Below are positions 59,055 to 64,000 of a stretch of DNA of 64,000 bases, piece by piece. Location: NCBI GenBank assembly GCA_964491805.1, contig CAZBGU010000001.1, positions 91,023 through 155,022 of the forward strand. Direction: 5' to 3'. The first letter of the stretch is position 1, and every line of letters begins with the position of its first letter. This DNA comes from an uncultured Candidatus Saccharibacteria bacterium. GTDB lineage: Bacteria; Patescibacteriota; Minisyncoccia; Phycocordibacterales; UBA5272. Both the position numbers and the translations under genes were made by a program. The notes beneath the pieces are model-generated. The model did not search any database. It had not been told where the DNA came from and saw only the letters and a list, made by a program, of their open reading frames with translations.

Positions 59055-59795
59055 TAGTTTGAATTTGAGAGTCACAGGATAATGGTCAGATGTATGAGTG
59101 TTAAGGTGAGCATTACACGACAGTTCTTCTATATCTCTGTGCCACACATGATCAAGACAGATAGATGTTGGGTGTTTGTATGTAGCTTGAATAAAACCGT
59201 GTGAAGTAAGTTGCTGTTTGATGTGGTCTGTTCGTAGCATATTCCAAGTGTTAAAGTCTCCAGCGATAATACACGGCCCTGATTCTGGTAGTCTGGAAAG
59301 CCAATAGTCAAATGTCTGACTCCAGACTCCATTGGTTACAAAATTGAGTGCATGGCAATTCATGATCGTTATAGTGCTTCCGTCAAGATTGTATGATGTT
59401 ACGACCATACTCTTAAGAGTTGCGAGACCGAGTTCCTTTGAGAGCGATAAGTACCTCTCTTCTTCAAGTGGTTGGTAATGAGAAATTGTAGCGACTCCAG
59501 TTTTTTGGTTTTTAAGTGGAATCGTAAATGTTGGTTGCACAGTCGTGAAGACATCATCATGGACGTGAAGGGAGTCTACCCATTCTTGAAGAAGGAGGAA
59601 GTCATTATTTTTTTCAAGCAGACCGACATATTGTCTACAAAGAGGAAGATGTAGTTTGAAAATATTGTAGGTAGTTAGCGAGTATTCCATATTGGATGCT
59701 TGTAGCAGTATATCATTTTTCATACACAATAAGAGGTCGTTGGTCATGGTACAATCTAAGAGATACCAGATGATTAACAACATGTGACAGATCAA
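59046..59795 (-). CDS. endonuclease/exonuclease/phosphatase (EEP) family protein
   Basis: 249 aa. IIAGDFNTW and SDHYPV motifs. Confidence 0.7.
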   Translation of the reverse strand: MICHMLLIIWYLLDCTMTNDLLLCMKNDILLQASNMEYSLTTYNIFKLHLPLCRQYVGLLEKNNDFLLLQEWVDSLHVHDDVFTTVQPTFTIPLKNQKTGVATISHYQPLEEERYLSLSKELGLATLKSMVVTSYNLDGSTITIMNCHALNFVTNGVWSQTFDYWLSRLPESGPCIIAGDFNTWNMLRTDHIKQQLTSHGFIQATYKHPTSICLDHVWHRDIEELSCNAHLNTHTSDHYPVTLKFKLLQ

Positions 59796-59856
59796 TGCGA
59801 TAATTATACATGTATTAGTTTGTACTTATCTTGTTAGTTGTTTGTTTGCAATTCTC

Positions 59857-62133
59857 ATGCGCCTTTCCCACATTACCATTCACGGTTTCAAATCATTTGC
59901 TAAAAAAACTACTATTGATGTCACACAACAAGTGACAGGTGTTGTTGGGCCTAATGGCTCTGGCAAATCAAACATTGCAGAAGCGATACGTTTCGTCCTT
60001 GGTGAACAGTCCATGAAGACGATGCGCAGCAAGATAGGTGCAGATGTTATCTTCAAGGGTTCAGAGCACCTCAGTGCTATGTCTCGCGCGTCAGTTACTA
60101 TGGTTATTGATAACAAGAAGAAAGATGGTGCAAACTATGACACCTCACACGTTAGTGATTCGCTCGCGCCGTATCTCGTCTATGATGAGCTTATCTTGTC
60201 ACGTACAATCTATGCCGACGGTACAAGTGATTATACGCTTAATGATGCGAAAGTCCGCCTCAAGGATGTTCAAGAACTCCTGTCATTTGCTGGTATTGGC
60301 GGTAGCGCACACACTATTATTAACCAAGGAGAAGCAGACAGAATTTTACTTGCCTCCCCAAAGGATAGAAAAGAAGCACTTGAGGATGCTCTTGGTCTTC
60401 GTGTGTATCATATGCGTCTTAATGAAAGCGCGCGTAAACTTGAGAAAGTGAAGATCCATGTACGAGAGGTTGAACTTCTTCGTACTGAGATCAAACCTCA
60501 TCTCCAACATCTTGAGCGCCAGGTAAAAAAGATAGAGTCACAAGAAGAGGAACGTAAAAATCTTCACACGCTTCTTATTGCATATTTTCACAAAGAAGAC
60601 AGTGAAATGCAATCACTTCGTGAACGTATTCATGAGCAGGGAACGTCTGACTCATTGTTGCTCGTTACACAGTCTATTGAGAAAGAGCTTACTATTTTAC
60701 GCGAGCACAAGAAAGATGAGAGACATGACAAAGATCATGAGATCAGTATAGCTGCACAAAAAGAAAGGCTTCATGCTGAGGAACAGGTACTCATTAAACG
60801 AAAGGATCAGATCATTAAGACACTCGGTCGACTAGAAGGGGAGAAGTCTTTCCTTGAGCGTGAACTTGCAAAGGATAGAGAAGTAACGTCGGCTACTATT
60901 CCAATACAAGAACTTCGTCAGAGTTATACGACGATCACTAACGGTCTCACATCGCTCACACATGCATTATCACTCTCTGATATTGATAAGGCGCGTGTAA
61001 CAACCGATGAGGTGAAGAATGCGTCTGATACTTTTTTCCATGCATACACCAATGTCGACACATCCAAAAAAGATTCACTTAAAGATGAGATTGCAATACT
61101 CACATCGTCCATTGGAGAGCACGAGACAACACTCTCGTCTGTTGGAACTGAACTTAACGTACTTCTTGCCTCGCTTAAACAGCTAGATTCACTGGTAGAA
61201 GTAAAGCGCACATCTCGTCACGAAGAGGAAAAGAAAGTCATGCTTCTTGAGAGCAAGCTTCGTGAGTTGCAGAGTATTATCTCTCTCAGACGACAAGAAG
61301 AAAGCGAGCTTGCACTTCGTACTGAACACTACCAGGCACTCCTCCAAGAAGGTGTGATGATTGTTGGTCGTATACTCCTTGATTACAAAACTGCAAAACC
61401 TGACGCAAAATATCGCGACACCAAAAAGCAGGATCTTATGCGTGCGATCGAACGATCAAAGCTTCGTATCGAGGAGGCTGGTGTACCGAACAAGGATGAA
61501 GTGATTGCAGAGTATAAAACAACGAAAGAGCGTGATGAATATCTTACGAAGGAACTTATGGATATCAAGCAAAGTGAAGAGAAGTTGCTTGTACTTATCG
61601 ACGAACTCACTATTACACTTTCGGATAAATTTTCACACGGTGTTGAAGAGGTGTCAAAAGTTTTTAGCACATTCTTTAGTGAGGTGTTTGTGGGTGGTAA
61701 GGCTAAGCTTGCTATAGTAAAAAGTGTTAAGGTCGGCGAAGAAGGTGATGAGACAGAAGAGCGAGGGATTGATCTTGATGTCAGTCTTCCGAATAAGAGA
61801 GTTAAAGAGATTAGTATGTTTTCAGGAGGTGAGCGCGCTCTCGTTTCTATCGCGCTTCTCTTTGCAATGAGTACTATTACTCCACCACCATTTATGGTGC
61901 TCGATGAGACTGACGCGCCTCTTGATGAGTCTAATGCTCGTAAATATGGCAGCATGCTCAAACGTCTCTCAGAGAATAGTAAACTTCTCGTTATTACGCA
62001 TAATCGTGAGACTATGAACCATTGCGACATGCTCTATGGAGTGACAATTGGGGTAGATGGTGGAAGTAAGTTACTTTCGATTAATTTTAAAGAAGCAGAG
62101 AAAATAGTTGAGAAGAGTCCGGGAGATCGATAG
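59857..62133 (+). CDS. smc: SMC-family chromosome-segregation ATPase, compact (~758 aa) form
   Basis: N-terminal GFKSF...GPNGSGKSN Walker A; coiled-coil middle; C-terminal LSGGERALVSIALLFAM signature and VLDETDAPLD Walker B. Start set at the ATG at 59857. Confidence 0.75.
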   Translation: MRLSHITIHGFKSFAKKTTIDVTQQVTGVVGPNGSGKSNIAEAIRFVLGEQSMKTMRSKIGADVIFKGSEHLSAMSRASVTMVIDNKKKDGANYDTSHVSDSLAPYLVYDELILSRTIYADGTSDYTLNDAKVRLKDVQELLSFAGIGGSAHTIINQGEADRILLASPKDRKEALEDALGLRVYHMRLNESARKLEKVKIHVREVELLRTEIKPHLQHLERQVKKIESQEEERKNLHTLLIAYFHKEDSEMQSLRERIHEQGTSDSLLLVTQSIEKELTILREHKKDERHDKDHEISIAAQKERLHAEEQVLIKRKDQIIKTLGRLEGEKSFLERELAKDREVTSATIPIQELRQSYTTITNGLTSLTHALSLSDIDKARVTTDEVKNASDTFFHAYTNVDTSKKDSLKDEIAILTSSIGEHETTLSSVGTELNVLLASLKQLDSLVEVKRTSRHEEEKKVMLLESKLRELQSIISLRRQEESELALRTEHYQALLQEGVMIVGRILLDYKTAKPDAKYRDTKKQDLMRAIERSKLRIEEAGVPNKDEVIAEYKTTKERDEYLTKELMDIKQSEEKLLVLIDELTITLSDKFSHGVEEVSKVFSTFFSEVFVGGKAKLAIVKSVKVGEEGDETEERGIDLDVSLPNKRVKEISMFSGGERALVSIALLFAMSTITPPPFMVLDETDAPLDESNARKYGSMLKRLSENSKLLVITHNRETMNHCDMLYGVTIGVDGGSKLLSINFKEAEKIVEKSPGDR

Positions 62134-62269
62134 TGGTTGCTTAGTTGAAAAATACTGTTGCTGGTAAAGTATAAGCATTTTCGGTCTGAAATGTGATTTT
62201 AAGTTCAGCTAATAAAGCAATGTGGGCCCTGTCGCATTACACGACAGGACCCAAGAGGTGCGCAACACC

Positions 62270-62503
62270 TCATTCTTCTTCGGCGTCTCCCCAGGAGCAG
62301 AAACCGAATGCACCGTGGTCTTGGAGACGTTGTATGAGGTTGCCGCCTCCGTCAAGAACAAGGAAAGGTTTCCCTTGCAGGTCTGGATGTTTCGCTTCTT
62401 GACCTATGTTTCCACGGCCGGTGACCGTTGCTCCATTTGCCAGTGCCATGTCTGCCGCCTCCGCTTGTTGTTCGTTTGTCTCAAAGAATACAATGCACCA
62501 CAT
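62270..62503 (-). CDS. hypothetical small protein in GC-rich patch (coding strand uncertain)
   Basis: 77-aa ORF overlapping a 99-aa + strand ORF. Local GC far above the flanks. Confidence 0.2.
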   Translation of the reverse strand: MWCIVFFETNEQQAEAADMALANGATVTGRGNIGQEAKHPDLQGKPFLVLDGGGNLIQRLQDHGAFGFCSWGDAEEE

Positions 62504-62647
62504 GGTGCTCTCCTATTGTGAAGACATTGTGTATCCTATCATGATATATATAAATTGAAAATATATAAGTTATACCCTCACTAAAAACTAAGTTAGAGGT
62601 ATACTACAAGTATTATTAAATGAGCAAGTGACATCATCATTTTTTGT

Positions 62648-64000
62648 ATGAACGATAATAACATTATTCCAAAAATTCAGGCGTATGTAAGAGCTGCTGA
62701 CTATCTCTCTGTGGCACAGCTGTACCTGAGAGACAACTTCCTTCTCAAGGATGGTTTAACACGTGAGCATATCAAGCCCCGGCTTCTTGGTCACTGGGGA
62801 ACATGTCCTGGAATTAATTTTGTATACGCTCATCTTAACTATCTCATCAAAAAGCATGACGTCGATATGATGTTTGTACTTGGACCTGGTCATGGATTTC
62901 CAGCACTTCAGTCTAACCTTTTCCTTGAAGGTTCTCTCACACAGTTCTACCCTGAGATAAAGCGTGACACTGCTGGTATTGGAGAGATTGCTCGTAAGTT
63001 CAGTTGGCCGTATGGGTTTCCTAGTCACTCGAGTCCTACAGCACCAGGAGCGATTCTTGAAGGTGGTGAACTTGGTTATTCACTTTCGACATCGTACGGT
63101 GCTGTTCTTGATAATCCTGATCTTATCGTAGCCTGCCTTGTTGGTGACGGTGAAGCAGAAACTGGCCCACTTGCAACATCATGGCATTTAAATAAGCTTG
63201 TTAGTCCAAAAAATAACGGTGCAGTGCTCCCAATACTTCACTTGAACGGCTACAAGATTTCTGGTCCGACTATGCTTGCAAGAATGAGCGATGAAGAGAT
63301 TACTAATTTATTCAAGGGTTATGGATATGAGCCGATTATTGTGGATGATCATGATCATATTATTCATCAACGAATGATGGATGCGCTTGAATACGCCTAT
63401 CAGTCTATTCGTGCAATTCAGCACAAGGCTCGCAATGAAGGGGGTGTTGTCTCTCCACGTTTTCCAATGATCATATTTCGTTCTCTCAAGGGTTGGGGAG
63501 GTATTAAGGAATTACATGGTGACAAAATTGAAGGTAACTGTCTTTCTCATCAAATTGTTGCAATGAATGTTCGTGATCATGAGGATGAAATTCGTATGCT
63601 CGAAGAATGGTTAAGATCATACAGGTTTGATGAATTGTATAGTGAAGATAATGGTTTCTCTGAGGATATTATGTCACTGGTTCCTCGTGAGGACCTCCGT
63701 ATGGGAGGAAGTAAGCACGCGTGCGGTACCGCTTGTAAGATTACAGATCTTACACTTCCTGACATTGCTCCGTTTATGAAAGATATTCACGAGCGAGGAA
63801 GTATCACATCAAGTAGTATGCATACGCTTGGTGAATACATGAGAGAAGTGTTTAGGTTGAACGATGACCTCAAGAACTTCCGCCTTATGTCGCCAGACGA
63901 AACCTATTCTAATAAGATAGATGCTGTATTTGGTGCAACGAAGCGTGCTTTTGTTTGGCCTCTCAAAGAATGGGACAGAGACATTGCTGAGGATGGTCGT
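62648..64000 (+). CDS. xfp: xylulose-5-phosphate/fructose-6-phosphate phosphoketolase (5' partial, runs off window)
   Basis: Manual translation from the ATG at 62648 gives LGHWGTCPGINFVYAHLN...GPGHG...SHSSPTAPGAILEGGELGYSLS...VGDGEAETGPLATSWH, hallmark phosphoketolase N-terminal motifs. No stop before the window end. Confidence 0.9.
   Translation, partial: MNDNNIIPKIQAYVRAADYLSVAQLYLRDNFLLKDGLTREHIKPRLLGHWGTCPGINFVYAHLNYLIKKHDVDMMFVLGPGHGFPALQSNLFLEGSLTQFYPEIKRDTAGIGEIARKFSWPYGFPSHSSPTAPGAILEGGELGYSLSTSYGAVLDNPDLIVACLVGDGEAETGPLATSWHLNKLVSPKNNGAVLPILHLNGYKISGPTMLARMSDEEITNLFKGYGYEPIIVDDHDHIIHQRMMDALEYAYQSIRAIQHKARNEGGVVSPRFPMIIFRSLKGWGGIKELHGDKIEGNCLSHQIVAMNVRDHEDEIRMLEEWLRSYRFDELYSEDNGFSEDIMSLVPREDLRMGGSKHACGTACKITDLTLPDIAPFMKDIHERGSITSSSMHTLGEYMREVFRLNDDLKNFRLMSPDETYSNKIDAVFGATKRAFVWPLKEWDRDIAEDGR

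Overview
This is a 64 kb stretch of low-GC (~40%) bacterial chromosome. Judging from gene content alone (split transketolase, compact proteins, fermentative core, many secreted Pro/Thr-linker proteins), it looks like an uncultivated Patescibacteria/CPR-like genome. Almost every gene is identifiable. Central metabolism: gap, rpiB, an rpe-like gene, N- and C-terminal transketolase halves, class II fba, a PfkB kinase, malic enzyme, and a partial phosphoketolase at the right edge. Housekeeping: tgt, uvrB, tRNA-Thr(UGU), pheS/pheT, mnmA, an F-type ATP synthase operon, uppP plus a PAP2 phosphatase, and an SMC-like ATPase. There is also a Fur-family/ZIP/P-loop metal cluster, Bcp peroxiredoxin, DsbA and a SIMPL-domain protein. 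The left 9 kb is a mobile/defence island: a nuclease-motif protein, an orphan HsdR-like helicase-nuclease, a large serine recombinase, a putative DUF4268-like protein, a TerS-like HTH protein and a ParB-DNA methyltransferase, ending in a GC-rich palindromic element. The most striking finding is an operon at 24.6-30.7 kb. It encodes an intact NOX/ferric-reductase-type transmembrane flavocytochrome, a membrane-anchored cytochrome b5-domain protein, and a 1201-aa surface protein with eight tandem b5 domains joined by Pro/Thr linkers. This could be an electron conduit to the cell exterior built from b-type haem domains. Other findings: the atp operon is split between atpB and atpE by a GC-rich insertion carrying an XRE-like regulator gene. 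That insertion also holds a ~370-nt candidate structured ncRNA with a near-consensus extended -10 promoter, an intrinsic terminator and covarying tandem hairpin modules. A Nudix gene sits between atpG and atpD. PheT carries an NlpC/P60-like domain insertion in B5 and lacks its OB-fold domain. Two paralogous small membrane peptides are embedded in the pentose-phosphate cluster. Several short GC-rich patches have ambiguous coding status.
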